Translations under genes and position numbers: made by a program | From: Vibrio cholerae ATCC 14035 | GTDB taxonomy: Bacteria > Pseudomonadota > Gammaproteobacteria > Enterobacterales > Vibrionaceae | Assembly (NCBI RefSeq): GCF_000621645.1 | Contig: NZ_JHXR01000009.1 | Coordinates: forward strand, 1 to 32,000 | Direction: 5' to 3' | Length of the DNA stretch: 32,000 nt | Shown here: positions 19,644 through 28,988 of the stretch, piece by piece | Layout: the number at the start of each line of letters is the position of its first letter | Numbering within the stretch: position 1 is the first letter of the stretch | The notes under the pieces: generated by a model | What the model saw: the letters and a program-made list of their open reading frames with translations, nothing else | Told to the model about the DNA's origin: nothing | Database searches by the model: none

Positions 19644-21688
19644 AACCTTCCTCGCAGGGGCCCTTATCAACCTTAATTGAACAAATATCAATTGATACTG
19701 ATTGGGTTGATAGAAGCTTCGCGATTTACTGTGTCAGTTATAAAGGCATAGACTTCTCAGAACGACCTAAGCGTTTGGTGACATTGGCGTCTGAAACCTA
19801 TAAATCAGGAAGTGTCTATTGCTTAGTCAAAGGTGCCAATAAAGAAGCGTGTTATTGGGTGTTGTTACCAAAGGATTCAAAGTTAGATCTCAAAGATACG
19901 TCTTTGGCCATTAAACCAAGTAGTGCTGCCGAGCTACCTACATGGCAGTTGGCTCGTTTATTGATTAAAGCGATACCCAAAGTATTGAGTGGCACAATGC
20001 CTGAGATAAAGCGCTTTGAAAGTGAAGGTTTGTATTATTTAGTCAAAAGCAAAAAGTTACCGAAAGATCACTCTGGCTATGAATTAACGACCGTCGAAAT
20101 CGACTTAGCTCCATGTGCAGCACTTGGATTCAAACAAACACTTTCAATGGGCACTAAAACATTTTCTCCCTTGTCTTGGTTTACGCTAGAGAACGGAGAA
20201 GTACAAAAAAAGGCAAGGTTTGCTACACGTTATCAACTTGACGATGTTGGGAAGTTGGTCAGTAAATCCATAAAGGGCGACTACATCAAGAAGCCGCTTT
20301 ACTCTAATGCGAAGAATCGAATTCAGGCAATTGATATCACCAAAGAATCTTATAGCGGTTTTCAATTATCTAAGGTCGGTATTCTTGAACAGTTTATGCA
20401 AGATCTTAAGCAAGCTTATGGTGATTCAGTATCCGTGAAGTTGCAGCGGATTCCCGGGGAAAAGCACAGATTTGTTTCAGATACGATTGTCAAAAATCAC
20501 TATGTAGGGCTGTTTGATGCGTTGAAAGAGCATCGTTTGGTGATCTGTGATTTAACCGAAAACCAAGACACAGACGCTGCATTAACCTTGCTTCATGGTA
20601 TCGAGCATCTAGATATAAATGCAGAAATAGCTGAAGTTCCGATTCGTGGGGCATTGAATATCCTAATTGTTGGTAATAAAGACACCTACAAGTCAGATGA
20701 AGAAGACCCGTATCAGGTTTATCGCAAGAAGTACCAAGATACGGTTTTCCAGTCGTGTTACCCAGAGCGCTTATGGAACCGTCAAGGCCAGCCAAACCGC
20801 CATGTGGTGGAAGTGCTGTTAAAAGAACTACTTATCAAGCTAGAAGTCCATACAAGAAAACATTTGATTGAGTACCCAAGTGGGCCTGAAAGATGTGTGT
20901 ATTACATGCCTCAGCGACCAAAAGACGAGTCTTCAGAGGTTCGAGACGAGCCGTGGCCAGTGTATGCGTCTAAGTTAGTTGGCGATGAATGGCAATATAC
21001 ACAAGCGACCCAAGAGGAGCTTGAAGATATTGAACTCGATTTAGGTAATGATAAAAGGCATGTATTTCATGGGTTTGAACGTTCTCCTGTTATTTATTGG
21101 CCGGAGACGGGGGACTATGCCATTTTCATTGACACTGGCATTCAAATGCTTCCGGAATTTGAAGCGGTTGCAGAGCGATTGCGTGAACTCAAAGAAGGGC
21201 GATCACAAGATGTCCCGATTGCATTGTTGGCTCAGTTCATTGAAGAAAACCCAGAGAGTAAAGTAATAAACAAACTGAGAGCGATATTGTCAGAGTGGGA
21301 TGATGTAGCACCTCTACCGTTTGATGAGTTTTCTACAATCGCGTACAAAAGCAGTGATGAAAAACAATTCTATGATTGGCTGCGTGAACAAGGATTCTTT
21401 TTAAAAACATCGATAAGAGGGCAAAGTGAGGGATTCTTTAATGCATCTTTAGGATTCTTCTATAACCGAGAGCAGGGGATGTACTTTGCTGGTGGTAAAG
21501 GCAGCCCACAAAGTAAAATCGAGACCTTTAGCCATTTATACCTGATAAAACATTCGTTTGATGCACTACCTGAAGAGGTAGAAAACTTGTTTGACGTTTA
21601 TCACTTAAGGCATCGCTTACCAACCGTAACGCCTTATCCATTTAAGCATCTACGTGAGTATGTTGAGATGCAGCGTTTTAGATCTTGA
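19625..21688 (+). CDS. ddmE: DdmE-type partner protein (687 aa), reported as a catalytically inactive prokaryotic Argonaute-like protein
   Basis: The ATG at 19625 overlaps the ddmD stop (19641-19643) by 19 nt, consistent with translational coupling. I can see no simple linear motif by eye. The assignment rests on synteny (downstream of ddmD, upstream of hsdM in VPI-2) and on published descriptions, and the Argonaute fold cannot be verified from sequence reading alone. Confidence 0.8.
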   Translation: MVTPQLEPSSQGPLSTLIEQISIDTDWVDRSFAIYCVSYKGIDFSERPKRLVTLASETYKSGSVYCLVKGANKEACYWVLLPKDSKLDLKDTSLAIKPSSAAELPTWQLARLLIKAIPKVLSGTMPEIKRFESEGLYYLVKSKKLPKDHSGYELTTVEIDLAPCAALGFKQTLSMGTKTFSPLSWFTLENGEVQKKARFATRYQLDDVGKLVSKSIKGDYIKKPLYSNAKNRIQAIDITKESYSGFQLSKVGILEQFMQDLKQAYGDSVSVKLQRIPGEKHRFVSDTIVKNHYVGLFDALKEHRLVICDLTENQDTDAALTLLHGIEHLDINAEIAEVPIRGALNILIVGNKDTYKSDEEDPYQVYRKKYQDTVFQSCYPERLWNRQGQPNRHVVEVLLKELLIKLEVHTRKHLIEYPSGPERCVYYMPQRPKDESSEVRDEPWPVYASKLVGDEWQYTQATQEELEDIELDLGNDKRHVFHGFERSPVIYWPETGDYAIFIDTGIQMLPEFEAVAERLRELKEGRSQDVPIALLAQFIEENPESKVINKLRAILSEWDDVAPLPFDEFSTIAYKSSDEKQFYDWLREQGFFLKTSIRGQSEGFFNASLGFFYNREQGMYFAGGKGSPQSKIETFSHLYLIKHSFDALPEEVENLFDVYHLRHRLPTVTPYPFKHLREYVEMQRFRS

Positions 21689-21704
21689 TAGCAGACTAAA
21701 CCAC

Positions 21705-21751
21705 GGTGCTAGTAACGAGCAGAAACGCATGTTTTATTCGCTACTAGTGCC
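21705..21751 (+). terminator. Imperfect hairpin between ddmE and hsdM (candidate weak terminator or RNA structure)
   Basis: The arms GGTGCTAGTAACGA (21705-21718) and TCGCTACTAGTGCC (21738-21751) form 14 positions, with two G-U wobbles and one mismatch. No T-tract follows. Confidence 0.3.
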
Positions 21752-21828
21752 AAAAGTCAGTAAAATTCTGCCCAATCATCCCTATTATTGTTTGAATTTC
21801 AAGCAACTATTGCTTTAAGAAGAAAATT

Positions 21829-24210
21829 ATGGACCACTCAGTACATAACAAACTCGTTTCATTTATTTGGTCGATTGCCGACGACTGTCTTCGTGATGTC
21901 TATGTTCGTGGTAAATACCGCGACGTTATCTTGCCTATGGTGGTGCTACGCCGTCTGGATACGCTTTTGGAGCCATCAAAAGAAGCAGTACTGGAAGAAG
22001 TCAGATTCCAAAAAGAAGAGATGAATGAAATTGAGCTTGATGACGCACCATTATGCGCTACATCAGGTTATGTGTTCTACAACACGTCCAAGTGGACTCT
22101 GCAAACGCTATTCAGTACAGCGACTAACAACCAACAGATTCTGCTGGCTAACTTCGAAGATTACCTCAACGGTTTTAGCGAAAACGTAAAAGAGATTGTT
22201 GAGTGTTTTAACCTGAAAGCCCAAATCCGTCACATGGCAGGGAAAGACGTTCTGCTAGATGTGGTTGAGAAATTCGTCTCGCCGTACATCAACTTAACGC
22301 CAGCGGTTAAAGAAGATCCTGAGGGTAACAAACTACCAGCACTCAGCAACCTTGGTATGGGCTATGTATTTGAAGAATTGATTCGTAAGTTCAACGAAGA
22401 GAACAACGAAGAGGCGGGGGAGCACTTTACTCCGCGTGAAGTGATCGAGCTGATGACGCACCTTGTTTTCGATCCAATCAAAGATAACTTGCCACTTTCT
22501 ATCACAGTGTATGACCCAGCATGTGGTAGTGGCGGTATGCTGACAGAAACGCAAAACTTTGTTGAAGAGAAATACCCAGCATCAAACCGTGATATCTACC
22601 TTTACGGTAAAGAGATCAACGATGAGACTTACGCTATCTGTAAGTCAGATATGATGATCAAAGGTAACAACCCAGAAAACATCCGTGTAGGTTCAACCCT
22701 TTCCACTGACGAATTCTCATCTAATCGCTTCGATTTCATGCTCTCTAACCCGCCTTATGGTAAGAGCTGGGCGAGTGAGCAAAAGCACATCAAAGAAGGC
22801 AAAGAAGTCGTTGATGGTCGCTTTAAAGTGAAGTTAAAAGATTACTGGGGTGTAGAGAGCGAGCAAGAAGCGATACCACGCTCAAGTGATGGCCAGTTAC
22901 TGTTCCTGATGGAAATGGTCACCAAAATGAAGTCGCCGCAAGACAGCCCATTGGGTTCACGCATTGCGTCCGTTCACAATGGTTCAAGCTTGTTTACCGG
23001 TGATGCGGGTAGTGGTGAAAGTAATATTCGTCGTTTCATCATAGAAAATGACATGCTGGATGCGATTGTTCAGTTGCCAAACAACCTGTTCTACAACACG
23101 GGTATTACCACGTACATCTGGCTGCTCAATAACAACAAACCTGAAAATCGCCAAGGCAAAGTGCAGCTGATTGATGCTAGCTTACTGTTCCGTAAGTTGC
23201 GTAAGAACTTGGGTAATAAAAACTGCGAATTTTCGCCAGAGCACATTGCGGAAATTGTCTCGACCTATCTTGAGAATCAATCTGTTGAACGTGCTATTGA
23301 TGAGAAAGGCGATCCGGTCGGTATTGCCGCGCAAGTATTCAAGAACCAAGATTTTGGTTACTACAAAGTCAATATTGAGCGCCCAGATCGCCGAAATGCC
23401 CAATTCCGCGCTGACTTAATTGAGCCGTTACGTTTTGAAAACTCACAGCGTGAAGTCATGGAGTACTTGTACGCCGAATATGGCGAGCAAGTCTATGACG
23501 CAGGTTTTGTTAAAGGGATTGAAAAAGAGATCACCAAGTGGTGTGAAGAAAATGATATCAGCCTAAACAAAGCGGCAAAAACCAAGTTGCTGGATACGAA
23601 AAACTGGATTAAACAACGCACACTGGTGAATGTAGCGAGTCAATTACACAAAAAGATCGGTGACGAAGTTTACAACGACTTTAACCAGTTCAAACAATTA
23701 GTAGATGCAGAACTTACATCACTCGGCCTTAAGCTTTCAGCACCAGAAAAGAAAGCCATCTTGGATGCGGTAAGCTGGTATGACGAAAATGCAGAAAAAG
23801 TCATCAAGAAAGTCGCCAAGCTAAAGCAAGATAAGTTAGACGAACTGCTAGAAAACTACGAATGTGAACTGCAAGATTTGCCAGATTTCGGGTACTACCC
23901 AACGGGCAACCACAACGAGTTCGTGACTTATGAATCAAGTTCAGACTTGCGTGATAGCGAATCCGTTCCACTTGAGCAAAGCATTTACCAATACTTCCTT
24001 GATGAAGTAAAGCCGCATGTAGATGAAGCTTGGATAAATCTTGAATCAGTCAAGATTGGTTATGAGATCAGCTTTAACAAGTACTTCTATCGCCATAAGC
24101 CACTGCGCTCAATGGATGAGGTCGCTGGTGACATTATTGCGCTTGAACAAAAAGCGGAAGGCTTAATTGCTGACATTTTGGGCATCTCTGTGGCTAAGGT
24201 TCAGGGGTAA
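21829..24210 (+). CDS. hsdM: Type I restriction-modification system DNA methyltransferase subunit (N6-adenine), a long 793-aa form
   Basis: The SAM-binding motif I DPACGSGG (22513-22536) and the catalytic motif IV NPPYG (22747-22761) are present. The N-terminal HsdM_N-like segment is LVSFIWSIADDCLRDVY...RDVILPMVVLRRLD. Confidence 0.95.
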   Translation: MDHSVHNKLVSFIWSIADDCLRDVYVRGKYRDVILPMVVLRRLDTLLEPSKEAVLEEVRFQKEEMNEIELDDAPLCATSGYVFYNTSKWTLQTLFSTATNNQQILLANFEDYLNGFSENVKEIVECFNLKAQIRHMAGKDVLLDVVEKFVSPYINLTPAVKEDPEGNKLPALSNLGMGYVFEELIRKFNEENNEEAGEHFTPREVIELMTHLVFDPIKDNLPLSITVYDPACGSGGMLTETQNFVEEKYPASNRDIYLYGKEINDETYAICKSDMMIKGNNPENIRVGSTLSTDEFSSNRFDFMLSNPPYGKSWASEQKHIKEGKEVVDGRFKVKLKDYWGVESEQEAIPRSSDGQLLFLMEMVTKMKSPQDSPLGSRIASVHNGSSLFTGDAGSGESNIRRFIIENDMLDAIVQLPNNLFYNTGITTYIWLLNNNKPENRQGKVQLIDASLLFRKLRKNLGNKNCEFSPEHIAEIVSTYLENQSVERAIDEKGDPVGIAAQVFKNQDFGYYKVNIERPDRRNAQFRADLIEPLRFENSQREVMEYLYAEYGEQVYDAGFVKGIEKEITKWCEENDISLNKAAKTKLLDTKNWIKQRTLVNVASQLHKKIGDEVYNDFNQFKQLVDAELTSLGLKLSAPEKKAILDAVSWYDENAEKVIKKVAKLKQDKLDELLENYECELQDLPDFGYYPTGNHNEFVTYESSSDLRDSESVPLEQSIYQYFLDEVKPHVDEAWINLESVKIGYEISFNKYFYRHKPLRSMDEVAGDIIALEQKAEGLIADILGISVAKVQG

Positions 24211-24214
24211 GCTG

Positions 24215-25555
24215 ATGAGCAATACTATGATTAAGAAGATGCCCAAATACGAGTCTTACAAAGACTCTTGTGAGCAATGGATTGGTGACATCCCCGCTCA
24301 TTGGGAAGTTTATAGGTTAAAAAGCGCTGTATATGAGTGCTCAAATGGTATTTGGGGAAGTGATCCTAACGGTAGGGACGAAATAGTCGTGCTGAGGGTT
24401 GCTGACTTTGATGATCACAAACTCAAAATATCAGATGAAAAACTTACTTATCGCTCAATTCCAGCAAAAGAGCGCCAGGGGCGTCTGTTAAAAAATGGAG
24501 ATTTGCTGATCGAAAAATCTGGTGGGGGAGATAAAACTCTAGTCGGAAGAGTAGTATTGTTTGATAAACAATACCCAGCAGTAACATCTAATTTTGTCGC
24601 AAAAATGACACCTAAAGAGTGGGTTATATCTGGATTCTTGAAGTACGTATTTTCTGCTTTATACAATAATGGAGTTAACTATCTTTCTATAAAGCAAACT
24701 ACTGGCATACAGAATCTCGATGCTAGCTCATATCTAAATGAAAAATTTTGTATCCCTCAAAAAGAGGAGCAATATGAAATAGCTAAGTTTCTCGACAACA
24801 AAACGACACAGATAAATGAAGCAATCGCAATCAAACAAAAGCAAATCGAGCTGCTAAAAGAACGCAAACAAATCATCATTCAGCAAGCAGTGACACAAGG
24901 TTTGAATCCCGATGCAACGATGAAATATTCAGGTGTGGATTGGATAGGAGCTATTCCAGGGCATTGGATCGTCAAAAGAGCTAAATACCTTTTAGATGAA
25001 ATCAATGAGCGTTCAGAGACAGGGCTTGAAGAGCTACTTTCAGTTTCCCACATGACTGGCGTAACTCCACGATCCGAGAAAAACGTCACCATGTTCATGG
25101 CGGAAGACTACACAGGTTCAAAGCTCTGCCACTCTGGTGATCTAGTGATCAACATAATGTGGGCATGGATGGGAGCGTTAGGTGTATCTGACAGAACTGG
25201 TATTGTGAGCCCATCATATGGCGTATTCCGTGAACAGCGCGAGGGCACTTTTGTACCTAAATATCTGGAGATGTTGCTGAAATCAACTAAGTATGTTGAA
25301 TACTACAACAAGGTCTCTACAGGACTTCATTCTTCTCGATTACGTTTTTATGGGCACATGTTGTTTGATATGGCTTTGGGCTTTCCTCCTTATGAAGAAC
25401 AAACACAAATTGTTGAATACATAAGCAGAGAATGTTCGAAAGTTGATGAAGCAATAACTGTTCAGGCTGAGCAAGTAAGTAAGCTCAAAGAATACAAAAC
25501 CACTCTCATCAACAGCGCTGTAACCGGCAAAATCAAAGTAACGGAGCTGGCGTAA
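24215..25555 (+). CDS. hsdS: Type I restriction-modification specificity subunit
   Basis: Two target-recognition halves are each followed by the conserved coiled-coil spacer (QINEAIAIKQKQIELLKERKQIIIQQAVTQGL and KVDEAITVQAEQVSKLKEYKTTLINSAVTGKIKV). I prefer the ATG at 24215, which is 4 nt after the hsdM stop. The ORF-track start at 24167 would overlap hsdM. Confidence 0.9.
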   Translation: MSNTMIKKMPKYESYKDSCEQWIGDIPAHWEVYRLKSAVYECSNGIWGSDPNGRDEIVVLRVADFDDHKLKISDEKLTYRSIPAKERQGRLLKNGDLLIEKSGGGDKTLVGRVVLFDKQYPAVTSNFVAKMTPKEWVISGFLKYVFSALYNNGVNYLSIKQTTGIQNLDASSYLNEKFCIPQKEEQYEIAKFLDNKTTQINEAIAIKQKQIELLKERKQIIIQQAVTQGLNPDATMKYSGVDWIGAIPGHWIVKRAKYLLDEINERSETGLEELLSVSHMTGVTPRSEKNVTMFMAEDYTGSKLCHSGDLVINIMWAWMGALGVSDRTGIVSPSYGVFREQREGTFVPKYLEMLLKSTKYVEYYNKVSTGLHSSRLRFYGHMLFDMALGFPPYEEQTQIVEYISRECSKVDEAITVQAEQVSKLKEYKTTLINSAVTGKIKVTELA

Positions 25556-26968
25556 ATGGCGGTTGTTGTTGCCAGTTGCACACTGGATAAGCTGTTTTCT
25601 AATGAGTCGATTTTAGCTTCTGACGGTAAAGTTCAAAAAAACGTTCACGGGATGCTTGCCATCCCTGAATATCAGCGTCCCTATCGCTGGAATGAAGAGC
25701 AAATCACCCGTCTATTGAAAGATTTCAAGCTTCATCAGCAAGAGTTAAATGACAAGCTTGAAACAGAGCATTGCCCATTCTATTTAGGTAGTGTGATTCT
25801 GCATCAGCAGGGTGACAAGCTGAATATCATCGATGGTCAGCAACGTTTGACCACAATGGCGTTGATGTCTTATCTAGCAAATAAACATGTCGATCTTAAA
25901 CTAGTTTACGAATCGCCTGAGAGTCAGCAGCAAATCAAACACAATCTTGGTTGGTTGTATAGAAATGAAGCCTCTTTGGCTGATATCGATTTTGCTCAAA
26001 TCAATATTACCTTGGTGGTGACAGACAGTGAAGATGAAGCCTACCGCTTTTTTGAAACCCAAAACACGGGCGGCGTGCGATTAGCCGGGCCAGATATTAT
26101 TAAAGCGCACCATCTTAGAGCGGTTGATGAGAAAGATAAGTCTGCGGTAAACACCTTTGCCACACGTTGGGAAGCGCTGGGGGATTTAAACCCCGTGGTC
26201 GATATTTTGCTACGTGGTCGCTATTGGCAATATCTGAACTTCCGAGACTACCCGCTGCACAACCAAACTCAGCAAGTGCGAAATAGTATTGTCACCGAAC
26301 TGGCAGAGCACACAGGCAAAGGCGACGATATTGCCTTTGGTAGAATTGCTCGTACTTATATGCCCAACGGTGGAGAGAGCTTGGCACAGCCTCAAGTTGG
26401 CTATGAATTGCGCCAGCCGCTAAACAGTGGCGCTAATACCATTCACTATTTGCAATATTTTGAGCAACTGCGCCAAACCTATTTGCTGAAAAACTCAACG
26501 CAAGGTGAGCTTGCAGGCTTTTACGAGTTCTATCAAAAGCTGGTGTGTAAACTTGATGGCTGCGGCTATCTCAAACAGCTTTATGACGCTTGCCTGCTGC
26601 TCTACATCAGTCAGCATGGGCAGCAAAGCCTAGAGGTAGCAGCGAAAAAACTTTTCCGCGTGGTTTACTCTCGACGTGTAGAGAACCAAAAAGCAGTAAA
26701 AGAGAAATCGGTTCCTGCTTTTGTCAAAGAAACCCCAGTGCTGGATTGGATTGCGATGAGCTATACCCCAGAGCAGTGTTTCGCACAGCTTGATGGTTTT
26801 AAGCTGTCGGTAGACAAGAGTGGCTTTGATAAAAACAGCGTTAAAAAACGTTTCGTCGAAAAAGTGTCTCAATACTTTGGCCTTGATATAGACAAGCAAG
26901 ATTATGCCAATCAATTTGGCCCTGCATTTAGCCAACACATCTCTGCGTTAGGAGCAAAACATGGGTGA
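25556..26968 (+). CDS. DUF262 (ParB/GmrSD N-terminal-like) protein without a recognisable C-terminal HNH/DUF1524 module
   Basis: Hallmark DUF262 motifs are present: IPEYQRPYRW, IIDGQQRLTT (DGQQR at 25832-25846) and FETQNTGGVRLAGPDIIKAH. The start ATG directly abuts the hsdS stop (TAAATG). Confidence 0.8.
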   Translation: MAVVVASCTLDKLFSNESILASDGKVQKNVHGMLAIPEYQRPYRWNEEQITRLLKDFKLHQQELNDKLETEHCPFYLGSVILHQQGDKLNIIDGQQRLTTMALMSYLANKHVDLKLVYESPESQQQIKHNLGWLYRNEASLADIDFAQINITLVVTDSEDEAYRFFETQNTGGVRLAGPDIIKAHHLRAVDEKDKSAVNTFATRWEALGDLNPVVDILLRGRYWQYLNFRDYPLHNQTQQVRNSIVTELAEHTGKGDDIAFGRIARTYMPNGGESLAQPQVGYELRQPLNSGANTIHYLQYFEQLRQTYLLKNSTQGELAGFYEFYQKLVCKLDGCGYLKQLYDACLLLYISQHGQQSLEVAAKKLFRVVYSRRVENQKAVKEKSVPAFVKETPVLDWIAMSYTPEQCFAQLDGFKLSVDKSGFDKNSVKKRFVEKVSQYFGLDIDKQDYANQFGPAFSQHISALGAKHG

Positions 26969-28952
26969 TCATTTATCGGTGCAAACTGAGCTTCTGACGC
27001 TTGAGAAAATCTACACCGACAACTACCAGTTCTCTATTCCCAGCTATCAACGTCCTTATGTCTGGTCAGATGATGATGTCTTGCTGCTGTTCAGAGATAT
27101 TAAAGAAGCGTGTCGATTAAAAGAGCCAAACTACTTTATCGGCACCATCCTGTCGTCTCGCATTGAACAAGATGGAGAGCGGATCTATGAGTTGATCGAT
27201 GGTCAGCAACGCACGACAACGCTAATGCTCATGACCATTGCTTTCAAGTACGCAGGCATTAAATCCGATCTTGCAGGGCTTGCTGTTTATACATCGAGTG
27301 ATGGTGAAGATAAGCCACGTCTCCAATTTTCAATTCGTGAGCAAGTTCAGCAGCTTTTAGGTGGTCTAGCGGGGCTTAAGAACTATCAAGTGCCGTCTAA
27401 GGAAACGATCGCTGACAATGCTTATTTGAAACAGATGGGCGTGGCGTTAGACGTATTGACCAAAGAAGTAGAGAAGCTCAAATCAGACGATGGGGTGAGC
27501 GCCGAAGCTATGGGGGATTACCTCTACCGCCAAGTTCAATGGGTAAATAACATTGTGCCAACACAAATGGACTTAAACCGATTGTTTGCCACCATGAATA
27601 CCGCTGGCATTCAATTAGAACAAGCGGACATTCTAAAGGCGAAGCTGTTCAAGCATATCCATACTGACAAAGCACAGTATGATGCAATGTGGGTGGCGTG
27701 TGAGCATCTGGAAAACTATTTTGAACGCAATGTACGCAAAGTATTTCCTAATGCGGATTGGTACCATATTGAACCCGAACATTTGGCGTCTTTTGATGCT
27801 GAACGTTTCGCTGCAAAAGATGAAACGTCAGAGGCGTTGTCTGGCTTGTCGATTGCTGAGCTAGCGTCACAAGTTAAAGCAAGTTCAATTCCTGATAACA
27901 CCGAGCAAGAGAAGTTTGAAACTTACGACTTGGACGTTGAAACAGTTTATTGTCGCCCGATCATCAAGTTCCCGCTGTTATTGATTCACGCTTATCGAGT
28001 CTACTTAGCGCTTAATGATCATAATGATATTGAACCACGTCTGCATAGCGATCGCTTGTTGGAGATATTCGACCCACTTATCAACGGTGATGAGCAATCG
28101 GTAAAGCTGTTTATTGAAACGCTATGGCAGGTTCGCTACCAGTTTGACCGTTGGGTTGTAAAATGGGTTGAATGTGATGATGCGACAGATGCGCAGCTCG
28201 GCTTAACGTATCAATCTCGCAGCAAGTCGAATGACACTTACTACATCAACCGAACGCAGAAAGAGCTGACGGATATTGTGCTTTTGCAAAGTGTTCGCAA
28301 CTTTACCGGTGAGCGCAGCGCCCAGTATTGGTTAACACCATTTCTTTCAGGCTTGATCCGTTCGAGTATCAAGCAAGACTCTGTCGCGTTAGAGCTACTA
28401 GAAAACATTGACAACAAAATGTCATTGTCTGTTGATACTCAAAAAGAGGCCAGCTTTGCACTCGCTGAAGGCATAGAGCCAAACTGCCAGAGTTGGCAAT
28501 CTCAATCGACATATTTTGCAAAGTCGTTAGGTACGAGCTTTGAGCATTACTGGTTTCAAAAACTTGAATATTTGATTTGGAAGAAAATGAAGGCGTCAGA
28601 ATCTTCATTGCCTTCTGAAGAATTGAATAAGTTTAAAAAGTACCGGATTACATCCAAAAACTCAGTAGAACATGTTCATCCTCAAAATGATGAGTATAAC
28701 AGTAGGTTAGACTGTGAAACGTTAAACTCATTTGGAAATCTAGTGCTACTGAGTCCAGGTGAAAACTCGTCTTATAGCAATCAAGATGTTGACAAGAAAC
28801 GCATCGACTTCGAGAGAAAATCCCACTTTGACGCACTGAAATTAAGAGAGATATTCGGTGTGAAAGGTCAGGGACTGTGGGGCAAACAGCAGATAGATAA
28901 CCATCTAGAAGACATGATGGCAGTATTTGCTCAGCACTATAAACATCAATAA
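26961..28952 (+). CDS. GmrSD-family protein (N-terminal DUF262 plus C-terminal DUF1524 His-Me finger nuclease), a candidate type IV modification-dependent restriction enzyme
   Basis: DUF262 motifs: IPSYQRPYVW, LIDGQQRTTT (27198-27212) and FATMNTAGIQLEQADILKAKLF. C-terminal DUF1524 motifs: SVEHVHPQN (EHVHPQN at 28668-28688) followed by FGNLVLLSPGENSSYSNQ. The gene overlaps the previous gene by 8 nt (ATGGGTGA). Confidence 0.85.
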   Translation: MGDHLSVQTELLTLEKIYTDNYQFSIPSYQRPYVWSDDDVLLLFRDIKEACRLKEPNYFIGTILSSRIEQDGERIYELIDGQQRTTTLMLMTIAFKYAGIKSDLAGLAVYTSSDGEDKPRLQFSIREQVQQLLGGLAGLKNYQVPSKETIADNAYLKQMGVALDVLTKEVEKLKSDDGVSAEAMGDYLYRQVQWVNNIVPTQMDLNRLFATMNTAGIQLEQADILKAKLFKHIHTDKAQYDAMWVACEHLENYFERNVRKVFPNADWYHIEPEHLASFDAERFAAKDETSEALSGLSIAELASQVKASSIPDNTEQEKFETYDLDVETVYCRPIIKFPLLLIHAYRVYLALNDHNDIEPRLHSDRLLEIFDPLINGDEQSVKLFIETLWQVRYQFDRWVVKWVECDDATDAQLGLTYQSRSKSNDTYYINRTQKELTDIVLLQSVRNFTGERSAQYWLTPFLSGLIRSSIKQDSVALELLENIDNKMSLSVDTQKEASFALAEGIEPNCQSWQSQSTYFAKSLGTSFEHYWFQKLEYLIWKKMKASESSLPSEELNKFKKYRITSKNSVEHVHPQNDEYNSRLDCETLNSFGNLVLLSPGENSSYSNQDVDKKRIDFERKSHFDALKLREIFGVKGQGLWGKQQIDNHLEDMMAVFAQHYKHQ

Positions 28953-28988
28953 AAACTTCGAGTCATCAAACTAAACAACGTGGTATTT

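Noticed and set aside
19625-21688. The idea that the 687-aa protein is a catalytically active slicer Argonaute
   Set aside because: I could not identify a convincing DEDX-type catalytic tetrad by eye. The partner DdmD already supplies a nuclease. My recollection of the literature is that DdmE is catalytically inactive. Structural or HMM analysis is needed to settle this.
21788-22024. A 78-aa plus-strand ORF overlapping the hsdM start
   Set aside because: It is out of frame with hsdM, whose N-terminal HsdM_N-like sequence begins at 21829.
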